Of a stretch of DNA of 64,000 bases, positions 10,143-18,866 are shown piece after piece. How positions within the stretch are numbered: the stretch's first letter is position 1; each line of letters opens with the position of its first letter. The translations under genes were made by a program, and so were the position numbers. The DNA lies in sequence record KM672662.1. One strand, written 5' to 3'. A model generated the notes under the pieces. The model saw nothing but the letters and a program-made list of their open reading frames with translations, searched no databases and was not told the origin of the DNA. The DNA comes from Acinetobacter phage YMC13/03/R2096.

Positions 10143-10423
10143 TCTTCATCCCCCATAGAAACCAACCAAGATATATGAGTTTTCCCAGTAAGTACAAATG
10201 CTGTATAACCAGACTTCCTTAACTCCTCCAAGGTTCTTTTTGTAACTTTTTTGTCAAGCGATATACTGAACGCACCTGAACTTGCTGCACTCTTAATCTT
10301 TTTATAGCACTCTTCAAGATCTTCTTCTGTGTTACCCTCATCAAAACTATCAGCCATCTTTCTAGCTTCTTTTGCAGTTATCTTTTCCATTTTTATCTCC
10401 TTAAGATAATTCATTAAGTGCAT
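10139..10423 (-). CDS. hypothetical protein
   Basis: 94-aa ORF. Confidence 0.45.
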   Translation of the reverse strand: MHLMNYLKEIKMEKITAKEARKMADSFDEGNTEEDLEECYKKIKSAASSGAFSISLDKKVTKRTLEELRKSGYTAFVLTGKTHISWLVSMGDEE

Positions 10424-10607
10424 CTACAGCAAAGCGATGCGGGTTATTGAGAGTAAGCAAGCCAATAAAAAACATAAGGATGTACATTACCGGTGCAAAC
10501 AAGAACCAAATTACAAAAGCCATCCAAATCAGCTTTACTCTTTTTTCTGGATATTCTTTCCACTGGTGCTTAAATGACTTAAGCTGCCTAGTTGCATATT
10601 TTCTCAT
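10401..10607 (-). CDS. small membrane protein, first gene of the leftward early operon
   Basis: 68-aa ORF with a TM helix. It is the gene nearest the divergent promoter region. Confidence 0.45.
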   Translation of the reverse strand: MRKYATRQLKSFKHQWKEYPEKRVKLIWMAFVIWFLFAPVMYILMFFIGLLTLNNPHRFAVDALNELS

Positions 10608-10782
10608 AAAACCTCCTAAAAATTTTGTTTATTTTAGCACTAAAAATCACCAAATACAAGCACCATAAAAATCACCTTTGGAAACCTCACTTCCAGAAAT
10701 TAAAAAACGGCAAAAAATTTAACTTAAAAAACAAGAACTTGTAGCACTAAAATTTATCGTCCCTTGAGAAAAGAAACATCGA

Positions 10783-10950
10783 AAAGGATACCTTAAAAAG
10801 AAAATAAAAGAGCACATAAAAACTTACCTAAAAGGATAACCTAAAGGTTAAATTTGGTGGGTGGGTAATTTTTAAAACAAACAACCCAAACAAAGGAAAA
10901 ACCTAAAGGTTAAAACTTAAGAAGATCCCTAAAGGATACCTAAAGGTACA
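10783..10950. promoter_or_regulatory. cluster of operator-like inverted repeats in the divergent control region
   Basis: Four copies of TAACC/TACC-TAAA-GGTTA/GGTA at 10837-10850, 10900-10912, 10928-10935 and 10937-10948. AAAGGATACC half-sites lie at 10785 and 10931. Confidence 0.5.
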
Positions 10951-10965
10951 TCTTAAAGAAACAAC

Positions 10966-10993
10966 TTGACAAAGAGATAAACTGTGCTATTGT
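10966..10993 (+). promoter_or_regulatory. sigma70-like promoter (TTGACA, 16-nt spacer, TATTGT)
   Basis: Consensus -35 element plus a plausible -10 element lie 80 bp upstream of the first rightward gene. Confidence 0.5.
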
Positions 10994-11076
10994 AATTAGT
11001 ATAGGATAACCACAATAAGTAAACATATTGATCACTAGGATGTGATTGTCCCAATAACTTACAAGGAAGGTTTCAT

Positions 11077-11376
11077 ATGCGTAAAAGCAAAAAGAAATCT
11101 GGTAAAATTTCCTTCAGTATTGTTCCTAAAGAAGCTGTTCAAGCAAAACCTTTAAAAATAACATGTTCAGAGTGCTCCAGTCATAATGTAATTATCGATA
11201 CTGGTGTGTGCTCTTTACCTAAAGGAAATAATCCAGAAAAACAAGTAATCCACCAGACCATTTGTCTCGATTGCAGTCATGTTGGTGGGGTTTGTCTAAC
11301 CAGTGAACAAGTAGAACAACTCATTAGAGATGAAGAGGAGTTAGCTGAAGTAATGATTGTTGCTGGAAAACTTTAA
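11077..11376 (+). CDS. zinc-ribbon protein
   Basis: 99-aa ORF with two Cys pairs (CSECS...CSLP...CLDCSHV). Confidence 0.5.
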   Translation: MRKSKKKSGKISFSIVPKEAVQAKPLKITCSECSSHNVIIDTGVCSLPKGNNPEKQVIHQTICLDCSHVGGVCLTSEQVEQLIRDEEELAEVMIVAGKL

Positions 11377-11386
11377 CAGAATATAG

Positions 11387-12028
11387 GTGAATGGCATGTT
11401 AGTCTTTAAAACACTTGTCTTGGATTTCCTGACAGGTTTAGTTGGTTCTTTACTTAAAAACTGGAAGTTAGCCTTAATTAGTTTCTTGATTTTATTCTCA
11501 GTGCTTTATACCAGTCACCTTAAAGGTGAGTTAAAAGATGCTAAAACTGATTTGGATACTCAAAAGGCATATCACAGTGCATACGTACAGGCATATGAAA
11601 AGGAATTCCAGAAGAGATATGCAGAGGTCGTGCACATAAACAAACGATTAGTAAAAGATTTGGAGGAAGTCAATGGACAAATTGAAAGGAAAAATCAAGA
11701 AGTTGAAGCTACTTATGCCGATAACCGTGCTCTTCTTGATGAGCTTACTCGTAGGTTGTCAAAGCAGCAAGATTCAGGAACCAAAGGTGGGGGTTGGGTC
11801 ACTACCGATTCCAGTGTACCAGCTACCAAAGCTACAGAACCCGAATCCACAAGCAGATCATTCATCGAATGTGCACAAGAGCTTACAGAAATGGGTCGGG
11901 AAGCAGACTCCTTAGCAATTGACCTACAGGCAGTTATCCAAAGTCACAATAATTATTTAACTGAGATAGAGATTTTAAACTCAAGTAACTTAAATGGAAA
12001 TTCCAAGGAATTAGATAAGAGGGATTAA
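11387..12028 (+). CDS. membrane-anchored coiled-coil protein (Rz-like spanin or fibre-assembly candidate)
   Basis: 213-aa ORF with an N-terminal TM helix followed by heptad-rich sequence. Confidence 0.45.
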   Translation: MNGMLVFKTLVLDFLTGLVGSLLKNWKLALISFLILFSVLYTSHLKGELKDAKTDLDTQKAYHSAYVQAYEKEFQKRYAEVVHINKRLVKDLEEVNGQIERKNQEVEATYADNRALLDELTRRLSKQQDSGTKGGGWVTTDSSVPATKATEPESTSRSFIECAQELTEMGREADSLAIDLQAVIQSHNNYLTEIEILNSSNLNGNSKELDKRD

Positions 12029-12031
12029 GTA

Positions 12032-14794
12032 ATGGCTGATGTATTAGTCACAGGTATTAAAATTGGGGATATGCCCCTTAAAGGTACTGTTTCAGGAAAT
12101 GAAAAGCTACCTACTGGAGATGTAGGAGACTTAGCTGTTACTCCTAATCAAATTAAAGACTTCACGATTCAAGAAGGTAACCTTGTAAATCAAGAACAAC
12201 TTGATGATGCAATAGAGTCAGTAGAACAAACCTCTTCAGGGCTTGCTGGCAGGGTGCAGACACTAGAAAGTAGAACTTCTAATGTCGATAATACGGCTGA
12301 CCTAGATAAACCCATCAGCAATGCTACACAAGCTGCTTTAGATGCTAAGGCAGATAAGGTAGATGTAGACGCAAAATTAGATCTCAAAGCTGACAAAGAT
12401 AAAGTAGTTTCTTCTTTTAATGGTCAAACTGGTGCAGTTACACTGGATCAATCCGATCTTATTGATGTTGGTGGTGATTTCACTGCAACACCAATTTTTC
12501 AAAACGTACCTAAATTAACAAAACCTGATGGTAGCTCTATACCAGAGATTGATTCTCAAATTCAACCATTAGTAAATAGTATAGCAGTCCATAGACAAGG
12601 ATTAACCCCGACATTTGATCAAGCATTTGCTGAGGCAATTGGTGGCTACCCATTAAATGCCAGACTAATGCTCGATAATGGGGATATTGTTAAATCAACA
12701 ATTCCTAATAACGTTAACAATCCTAATGCAAATATGAATGGTTGGAGTGTTATTAAAAACTCCATTCCTTTTGTAGACTCTATCTCCGATCTATCAAGTA
12801 TTAATAATCCAAAACATGGAGAAATTATTGTTGTACGACACTTTGATAAACCTAGCAACCGCTTAAATGGTGGTGGTGAATTTTATTATGACTCTTCTAA
12901 ATCAAGTGTAAATGACGGTGTTTTGTGCTTCAACGGATGGGTTAGAGAAGTTCCATTTAATATCTATACACCCTATATGTCTGGTTGTTATGGAGATGGA
13001 GTTACTGATGACACACTTAATTTTGACAAGCTTATGTATGCATTGGAAGTCAATTCATTAAGTGGAACTGTTGTTTGTGATGGTGTTTTTTATTTTAACA
13101 GTCAATGTCCTCGAACTGGAAAAATGATTGACCCTGTTCAGTTCAATGAAAAAAATGCTATTCGTTTAGTATCAAATGTTGATCTGGTTATTCAACCAAA
13201 TTCAGTATTAAAATTTGGCTCATTTTACAGGGGTACTGCCGAACAACCAAAGTGCAACATTCTTAGTGCTATGTATCGAGAAGATTCAAATGATTGGTAT
13301 GGAAGAAGTAAACATAAAAACATTAATATCTATGGAGGGGGAAAATTAGACTTTTCTGAAACATCAAGTCCAGATGCTCCACAGGACGGCTACAGATGGG
13401 CTATAAAAGCATCAATTGATAATATGAAAGTTTACGGCTTGACTTTTGAAGGGGGTGATTTTGCAAATGCCTTTCAATCTTCAAAAACATCAACAAATAT
13501 TGAAATATTTGGAAATACATTTATCAATTTGATGTCTGATACATCATTATTTCATGATCATTCTACTATTTATTGTATCGGTAAGAATATAAAAGTGCAT
13601 GATAACGATTTTATATTTACAACAGTTAAAGGTAAATTAAACTCTTGCGCTTGTGAATTGCACGGATCAAACCAGTGGTTTTACAATAACCGCATAAATG
13701 GGTATCCAAATATGCTATTTAGTGCAATTTTACGGACAGATCAATCTTTAGATTCTAACGAAATAGTTTATGATCAAAAAGCGTACAACAATACTGCAAC
13801 CATATCAAGATCGGCTCTTGGATTCTGGTCGATACCAAATCAAACTGCAAAATTAAATGATCTTGAGTTTTATGATAATAATGTAACTTTTATTGAAGCG
13901 CCAACTTTACAAGAGTATACAAATTCAGGAGTTAGAGGATTAAGCTACCCATCCGATCTTAGCGCATCCGTATTTACCGTATGGCCTGAAGGAGATACTG
14001 TTCCTAACATTACTTATTCTGCTGAAGTTTTGGATCATATTTTAATTCGTGACAATACATTCAGCGCTACTGATGAAATTCTAAATAATCAGATTGTCAG
14101 TGCTGTTAGATTTGTTGGTAGTTATGTTCGTGAGAATCTTAAATTTCTAAACAACTCGATGAAATTGAATACGATTCTGAATCGTGACGTTAGCACAAGC
14201 ACTGCAAATGATTATTTTAAGGGGTGGGAGTTCTCTGGAAATGAGTATGACTTTTCTAAATTTATTAATCGGCGACACGGTATGTTGATGTATCTGGAAT
14301 ACATGCAAGACTGCTTGTTTGACTTCAATATCAACTCTAAATTTCCCGCAATTGATAAGACTTATAGCTTACTAAACTTTGTGTTTAGTGATGACTCTAA
14401 GGTATTAAATAATACCATTAAAATCAAACCAAACGGTTCATATCGTGTTTTTAATTCATGGCTTGGTGGTGACTTTAACACATACTCAGACGCCAATATT
14501 GGTGGAAAAGGAAATTATATCGAATCTGTTTCATATGTTTATATTCAAGAAAGCAGGAAAAGTGGCGGTACTGTTTCAAAAATGGGAGTGCAAAGTGGAT
14601 CAATTCCCTCTGCTGCAAAACTGGGCATGGTTTTAGAGTATACCGAAACCATGCTTTCTACTGTTATTTACTCTCCCTCGTATACTACTGATTATTCAGG
14701 AACATACAAACTTGTATCGCTAGGAATATCTGAAACACCTTTTTCAATCACAGATACATCTGACAGGTTTGCTTTTATGAAATATTCAACGTAA
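12032..14794 (+). CDS. tailspike protein with pectate-lyase-like beta-helix depolymerase domain
   Basis: 920 aa. The motif GCYGDGVTDDTLNFDKLMYAL matches the pectate_lyase_3 hallmark G-x-GDGxTDDT. The N-terminus MADVLV-GIKI is shared with the ORF at 45750. Confidence 0.7.
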   Translation: MADVLVTGIKIGDMPLKGTVSGNEKLPTGDVGDLAVTPNQIKDFTIQEGNLVNQEQLDDAIESVEQTSSGLAGRVQTLESRTSNVDNTADLDKPISNATQAALDAKADKVDVDAKLDLKADKDKVVSSFNGQTGAVTLDQSDLIDVGGDFTATPIFQNVPKLTKPDGSSIPEIDSQIQPLVNSIAVHRQGLTPTFDQAFAEAIGGYPLNARLMLDNGDIVKSTIPNNVNNPNANMNGWSVIKNSIPFVDSISDLSSINNPKHGEIIVVRHFDKPSNRLNGGGEFYYDSSKSSVNDGVLCFNGWVREVPFNIYTPYMSGCYGDGVTDDTLNFDKLMYALEVNSLSGTVVCDGVFYFNSQCPRTGKMIDPVQFNEKNAIRLVSNVDLVIQPNSVLKFGSFYRGTAEQPKCNILSAMYREDSNDWYGRSKHKNINIYGGGKLDFSETSSPDAPQDGYRWAIKASIDNMKVYGLTFEGGDFANAFQSSKTSTNIEIFGNTFINLMSDTSLFHDHSTIYCIGKNIKVHDNDFIFTTVKGKLNSCACELHGSNQWFYNNRINGYPNMLFSAILRTDQSLDSNEIVYDQKAYNNTATISRSALGFWSIPNQTAKLNDLEFYDNNVTFIEAPTLQEYTNSGVRGLSYPSDLSASVFTVWPEGDTVPNITYSAEVLDHILIRDNTFSATDEILNNQIVSAVRFVGSYVRENLKFLNNSMKLNTILNRDVSTSTANDYFKGWEFSGNEYDFSKFINRRHGMLMYLEYMQDCLFDFNINSKFPAIDKTYSLLNFVFSDDSKVLNNTIKIKPNGSYRVFNSWLGGDFNTYSDANIGGKGNYIESVSYVYIQESRKSGGTVSKMGVQSGSIPSAAKLGMVLEYTETMLSTVIYSPSYTTDYSGTYKLVSLGISETPFSITDTSDRFAFMKYST

Positions 14795-14902
14795 TAGAAT
14801 CATTAATGTTATCTTGTGTGCAGCACTTTCAACCCCAAAGGTTTTGTACCACTCCTCTAGACAATTTGACAAACTAACTTTCTGTGATAAAATGAATAGT
14901 TT

Positions 14903-15307
14903 TTGATCAAGGAGTTAGTTTTGTCTAGTTTAATGTGTATGGCATTGGTTATCTTTTCAGAAGCTCGTGGTGAGCCACTTAAAGGTAAACAAGCTGTTGC
15001 AGAAGTGGTAGCAACACGATCTATTGAATGGAACAAGGATGTATGTGGTGTGATTTACCAGAAAGGTCAATTTACAGGAATTAGAAATGTAAAGCCACCT
15101 AAAGAGGGGACACCAGCACGAAAAGAATGGGAAGATTGTCATGCAATTGCCAAAAAGTATGTTCATGATGAGAAAGCCGTTACTAAATATAAAGTAAAAA
15201 GACCTACAAACTTCACCAATAGGGCACTCTACTTCAATCGAGGCAGTAGTTGCTCTAACGGTAATTATAAGATAACCAAGATAGGAAATCATGTTTTTTG
15301 TAGGTGA
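14903..15307 (+). CDS. SleB/CwlJ-like cell-wall hydrolase
   Basis: Contains the hydrolase_2 signature FSEARGEP...AVAEVVATR. The true start may be the TTG/ATG at about 14921-14930, downstream of an AAGGAG site. Confidence 0.6.
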   Translation: MIKELVLSSLMCMALVIFSEARGEPLKGKQAVAEVVATRSIEWNKDVCGVIYQKGQFTGIRNVKPPKEGTPARKEWEDCHAIAKKYVHDEKAVTKYKVKRPTNFTNRALYFNRGSSCSNGNYKITKIGNHVFCR

Positions 15308-15331
15308 TTTTAATATTTAAAGGAGTTAAGT

Positions 15332-15847
15332 ATGTCACAGGAACGTGAAGACTTAGAAGTTTCTTCTCAAGATACTCCAATTGGCTCTGAGTTAATGACT
15401 AATGCTCAGAAAAAACTTAAAGAAGCCCAAAAGAAAAGAGTATCTTTAGAAAAAATTATTGCTTTAACAGACGATGCTATGATTGACTCTATTCAGTACA
15501 TGCACCAAACAGTAAATAATCCTAAAGTAAGTCCAAATGCTCGTGTTGTTTGTGCGAATAACTTGGTTGCAATCAACCTTAAAGCTAAAAAACAACTTAC
15601 AGAAGAGAAAATGGCTGAACAAATGTACAGACACAAGGAACTTGTTATCCGTGCTGAAGCTATGAAGATTGCCCAATTGTCTGGTATAGGTCAAGAAGGT
15701 GGAGGATATGCTTCAGAAAGAACTGGGACTTTACAGTTAGAGTATGTAGAGAATCCAGAATATGCCGATGTTCCTACAGACCCAACATTAGCTGATGGAT
15801 ACGTTCCTGAATCTGGTGAAGGTCTGGGTGAGTATGAGATAAATTAA
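15332..15847 (+). CDS. hypothetical acidic protein
   Basis: 171-aa ORF. The RBS is AAGGAG. Confidence 0.5.
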   Translation: MSQEREDLEVSSQDTPIGSELMTNAQKKLKEAQKKRVSLEKIIALTDDAMIDSIQYMHQTVNNPKVSPNARVVCANNLVAINLKAKKQLTEEKMAEQMYRHKELVIRAEAMKIAQLSGIGQEGGGYASERTGTLQLEYVENPEYADVPTDPTLADGYVPESGEGLGEYEIN

Positions 15848-15930
15848 CCTTATTTTGTACAATAAATATACAACTAAGTAATATTTTTATGGTTTTTATG
15901 AAAAATTTATGAAAATATCAAATTTAGGTG

Positions 15931-15959
15931 TTGACAATGTATAAAAATCTGGTAATCTT
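15931..15959 (+). promoter_or_regulatory. promoter upstream of tRNA cluster (TTGACA, 17-nt spacer, TAATCT)
   Basis: Sequence inspection only. Confidence 0.4.
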
Positions 15960-16050
15960 AAATACATAGCGCTGATAAACATATTGATTATTTGTTTTTC
16001 ATAGTTATGTCCTTATCGGTAACCAAGAGTAAAAGCCCTCTTGGTTATTT

Positions 16051-16136
16051 GGGTGATGTTGGGGTGTTGGTCAACCCCATCAGACTGTAAATCTGACGTG
16101 AAAGCTGTCTAGGTTCGAATCCTAGATCACCCACCA
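16051..16136 (+). tRNA. tRNA-Tyr (GTA)
   Basis: Acceptor GGGTGAT/ATCACCC. Anticodon loop is ctGTAaa. Long variable arm. T-arm is GGTTCGAATCC. CCA is encoded. Confidence 0.8.
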
Positions 16137-16139
16137 AAT

Positions 16140-16214
16140 AGTACCTTAGTTCAGGGGTAGAACGCAGAACTGATAATTCTGAGGTCGATGGTTCGAAACC
16201 ATCAGGTACTACCA
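16140..16214 (+). tRNA. tRNA-Ile (GAT)
   Basis: Acceptor AGTACCT/AGGTACT pairs perfectly. Loop is ctGATaa. CCA is encoded. Confidence 0.8.
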
Positions 16215-16243
16215 ATTTAAAAGTTTTTAAAAGTTTATTCAGG

Positions 16244-16315
16244 TCTAGTGTAGCACAACGGTAGTGCAGCAGACTGTTAATCTGTTGGTTGTTGGTTCGA
16301 ATCCAGCCTCTAGAG
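16244..16315 (+). tRNA. tRNA-Asn (GTT)
   Basis: Loop ctGTTaa, D-stem GCAC/GTGC and G73. The acceptor has one mismatch and no CCA is encoded. Confidence 0.55.
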
Positions 16316-17057
16316 CCTGAGTAAATTAAGAATTACCCTTCGGGGTATGGGTCGTGTATAACCCTTAGATAAACTGCAAAACAGTATAAAGTCGTAACGG
16401 CAGTTATGGCGCAGAGTAAAAATCTGTCAAGTACACACTCAAGGTATCATACTTATGTGGCGTAGAGCCAATCGGTGTAAACCATTTAAGTATGGGGGTG
16501 TAATGCTCCTGAGTCGATAGGCAATAAGAGAACTTGAAGGTATCTAGCGAAGTTGATTGTCAAGTCAAAACGCTGTTTACCATTGTGAGAGGTATATAGA
16601 GTTTAACAGGTGGTGCTGAATCTCGTAGTCCTAAACCAAGTGGACAATATATGCTTGAAACATCGTGCATGGTAAAGCACATTAGGTAGTGTGGTATTGA
16701 TGGGTTCAAAAGATCTGTTAGCCACAGAGAAACCACTATCTATGCAATACAAATTTCATTTTAGGAAAAAATTAAATTCAAAAGTGTTTCTCACGTTGGC
16801 ATGAAAGGTGCTTACATAGTAATGGGTTGTCCATTGCACATTTAACCTGAAAGGTTATTTGTATTTTCATGAAAGGATTATGTTTGGTAGGCATACTAGC
16901 ATAGTTTGAGTATTGGGAGAGTAGTTCCAACGTCTAAGAGTGGTTAGCTATACTGACCAGCACTGATCACTACTATATAAAGTATAGTGGATAATGAGGG
17001 AAAAGATAATCCTCTCAAGGTGGTCATTTAAACGTGTAATCTCAGCGTTTTACTTGT

Positions 17058-17132
17058 GGCTCTGTAGCATAGTGGATTATGCGCCTCCCTGTCTAGGAGA
17101 AAAACGCCAGTTCGAGTCTGGTCAGAGTCGCC
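17058..17132 (+). tRNA. tRNA-Asp (GTC)
   Basis: Acceptor GGCTCTG/CAGAGTC. Loop is ctGTCta. G73. CCA is encoded. Confidence 0.75.
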
Positions 17133-17136
17133 AGTA

Positions 17137-17211
17137 TTGTCGTATAGTGTAATGGTTAGCACAGAAGACTTTGACTCTTCTAGTTTAGGTTCGAGTCCTA
17201 ATTCGACTACC
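17137..17211 (+). tRNA. tRNA-Gln (TTG)
   Basis: Anticodon stem GAAGA/TCTTC pairs perfectly. Loop is ctTTGac. T-arm is TTAGG-TTCGAGT-CCTAA. The acceptor has one mismatch. Confidence 0.6.
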
Positions 17212-17214
17212 AAA

Positions 17215-17290
17215 TGGGTCACTAGCACAATGGTAGTGCAGTTGCTTTGCAAGCATCAGGTTAAGGGTTCGAGTCCCTTGTGTATCCACC
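17215..17290 (+). tRNA. tRNA-like element, anticodon probably TGC (Ala). Acceptor pairing is poor.
   Basis: D-stem GCAC/GTGC, loop ttTGCaa, T-arm AAGGG-TTCGAGT-CCCTT and a CCA end. Only 5 of 7 acceptor base pairs could be formed by hand. Confidence 0.35.
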
Positions 17291-17292
17291 AA

Positions 17293-17368
17293 TATTCCAT
17301 TCGACTAGCGGTTAGGTCGCTTCCCTTTCAAGGAAGTAGCACGAGTTCGAATCTCGTATGGAATACCA
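17293..17368 (+). tRNA. tRNA-Glu (TTC)
   Basis: Acceptor ATTCCAT/ATGGAAT pairs perfectly. Stem CTTCC/GGAAG. Loop ctTTCaa. CCA is encoded. Confidence 0.8.
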
Positions 17369-17370
17369 AT

Positions 17371-17447
17371 AGGACGTTAGCTCAGTTGGTTAGAGCAAGA
17401 GCCTTTTAAGTTCGAGGTCATAGGTTCAAATCCTATACGTCCTACCA
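17371..17447 (+). tRNA. tRNA-Lys (TTT)
   Basis: Acceptor AGGACGT/ACGTCCT pairs perfectly. D-arm is GCTCAGTTGGTTAGAGC. Loop ctTTTaa. CCA is encoded. Confidence 0.8.
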
Positions 17448-17452
17448 ACAAT

Positions 17453-17526
17453 GGTGACTTTGGTGTAATGGTTTGCATCACTCCCTGTGAAGGAGAAGGT
17501 CAGGGTTCAAATCCCGAAGTCACACC
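17453..17526 (+). tRNA. tRNA-His (GTG) with G-1
   Basis: Loop ctGTGaa. Acceptor GTGACTT/AAGTCAC is preceded by an extra G. CCA is encoded. Confidence 0.65.
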
Positions 17527-18225
17527 AAGAATTTTAAGAATTTCAAACGAGTAGAGGTACAGTCCTGAAAGTTTGAAAGTGGGGCGACACCTGCCTGAAG
17601 TAGTAGCTAATAATGGCCTGTTAGTGAATCTAAGTGGTGTGACTTAACTGACTTGGAGAGAAAGGTCGGGGCAGAGCACAAGTAGCTGAGATGGATTAGC
17701 GCTACCCTGAAGAGGTTGAGAGGTTGGATCGTTACCAACATTGTGCACCAAATTTTTAAAAGAAGAATTATTTTAGGATTACCATAACCTAAAGGCTCGA
17801 AGGGGCGGTCTGCAACATCGTTGTTGGTGAGTTGAAGTCTCACATGGTAATCCAAAGTGATTTTTATAGAGGTTAAACCAGATAGGTTCTGGGACACCCT
17901 GCTAAGGTGATCGTGTTAGAAATAGCATTCGGATCGAGACCGATGGCCTCTGCCAAATTTGTTGTGCGCTCCACAGGTTGATCCTGTTACGGTTATCCTC
18001 AAGACCAGACCGCAACAAAGCAACATCAATGGCTTGTCTAAAGTAACGCTGTTGATGGGGCAAATGCAGACACCGATTCGCCTCTGACCTAGTTAAGCAC
18101 ACTAATCGGTTTTTTCTTAGGGCTATTGGACAGGTAATTACCCCTCCTTTAGTTACGACAAGATATCTTCGTGGCTCGCTACCTTGAAGGCATCCCAGTT
18201 AGGGTTCTGGTTAAAAACTCACTAC

Positions 18226-18300
18226 AGTCCCTTAGCTCAATCGGGAGAGCAACACTCTTACAAGGTGAAGGTAGTAGGTTCGAAACCTACAGGGACTACC
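18226..18300 (+). tRNA. tRNA-Val (TAC)
   Basis: Acceptor AGTCCCT/AGGGACT pairs perfectly. Loop ctTACaa. T-arm is GTAGG-TTCGAAA-CCTAC. CCA is encoded. Confidence 0.75.
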
Positions 18301-18301
18301 A

Positions 18302-18391
18302 AGGTGGGTAGCGTCAAGGTGACAAAGCGGGCTTGAACCCCGTGCCAATTGTGATGAGCAGTTGAGAGTTCGATTCTTTTACCCATCGCCA
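18302..18391 (+). tRNA. tRNA-Ser (TGA), class II
   Basis: Acceptor GGTGGGT/ACCCATC. Stem GCGGG/CCCGT. Loop ctTGAac. Long variable arm. G73 and CCA. Confidence 0.6.
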
Positions 18392-18392
18392 A

Positions 18393-18466
18393 GCGTTTAT
18401 AGTGTAGTGGTAACACCCTGTACTTCCAATTCAGTATCTTCGGTTCGAATCCGAATAGACGCTCCA
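18393..18466 (+). tRNA. tRNA-Gly (TCC)
   Basis: Acceptor GCGTTTA/TAGACGC. Loop ctTCCaa. T-arm is TTCGG-TTCGAAT-CCGAA. U73 and CCA. Confidence 0.75.
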
Positions 18467-18477
18467 GATTATGTTTA

Positions 18478-18600
18478 TGGACACTTCCTAAGGTTCTTTC
18501 TACAGGTTCGAAACTGTTTTAAGAATTGCTGGTGCTAGGTTTAGCGTCAAGAATCATTCGAAGGGTTCTTGGGGTGGTGAGTTCGATTCTCACAGTGTTC
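18478..18600 (+). ncRNA. aberrant 123-nt tRNA-like element
   Basis: GGACACT pairs with AGTGTTC on 7 of 7 positions, enclosing about 110 nt. Inside are two T-arm-like hairpins (ACAGG-TTCGAAA-CTGT and GTGAG-TTCGATT-CTCAC) and a 6-bp stem CAAGAA/TTCTTG. There is no canonical anticodon arm and no CCA. Confidence 0.3.
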
Positions 18601-18619
18601 CCCCTATTTTAAAGTTTAT

Positions 18620-18696
18620 CTCTGTGTAGCTCAGTTTGGTAGAGCACTCGCTTTGGGAGTGAGGGGTCGTAAGTTCAATTCTTACTACAGAGACCA
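18620..18696 (+). tRNA. tRNA-Pro (TGG)
   Basis: Acceptor CTCTGTG/TACAGAG. Stem CTCGC/GTGAG. Loop ttTGGga. T-arm is GTAAG-TTCAATT-CTTAC. CCA is encoded. Confidence 0.7.
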
Positions 18697-18783
18697 GTTA
18701 TGAAGTGTTTGTACAGCTATCAGCTCACCGTTTAAAGGATACGGACAAGTCGGCTCGACTAAAGACTCACTTCATATGTTTTT

Positions 18784-18860
18784 GGGTAGTTGAAGGGAAT
18801 GGCATACCTTTCACGCTTAGAACGTGAAGTTTCTGAGTTCGAGTCTCAGACTACCTACCA
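18784..18860 (+). tRNA. class-I tRNA with anticodon TAG, presumably Leu (CUA/CUG)
   Basis: Acceptor GGGTAGT/ACTACCT. Stem TCACG/CGTGA pairs perfectly. Loop ctTAGaa. Variable loop is 5 nt. A73 and CCA. Confidence 0.6.
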
Positions 18861-18866
18861 AATTCT

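Noticed and set aside
12190-15292. Antisense ORFs 12190..12396, 12646..12858 and 14957..15292 within the tailspike and hydrolase genes
   Set aside because: They are embedded antisense in long, well-supported genes and have no start context.
17590-17680. GAAAGGTCGGGGCAGAGC resembles the RNase P RNA CR-IV (GGAAAGTCCGGGCTCC)
   Set aside because: Only this short similarity exists. The other universally conserved RNase P regions were not found, so it is probably coincidence.
17607-18102. Minus-strand ORFs 17607..17897 and 17902..18102 inside the tRNA cluster
   Set aside because: They lie antisense to a structured non-coding stretch. They have no RBS and an odd amino-acid composition, and they overlap tRNA-adjacent sequence. 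They are most likely spurious.
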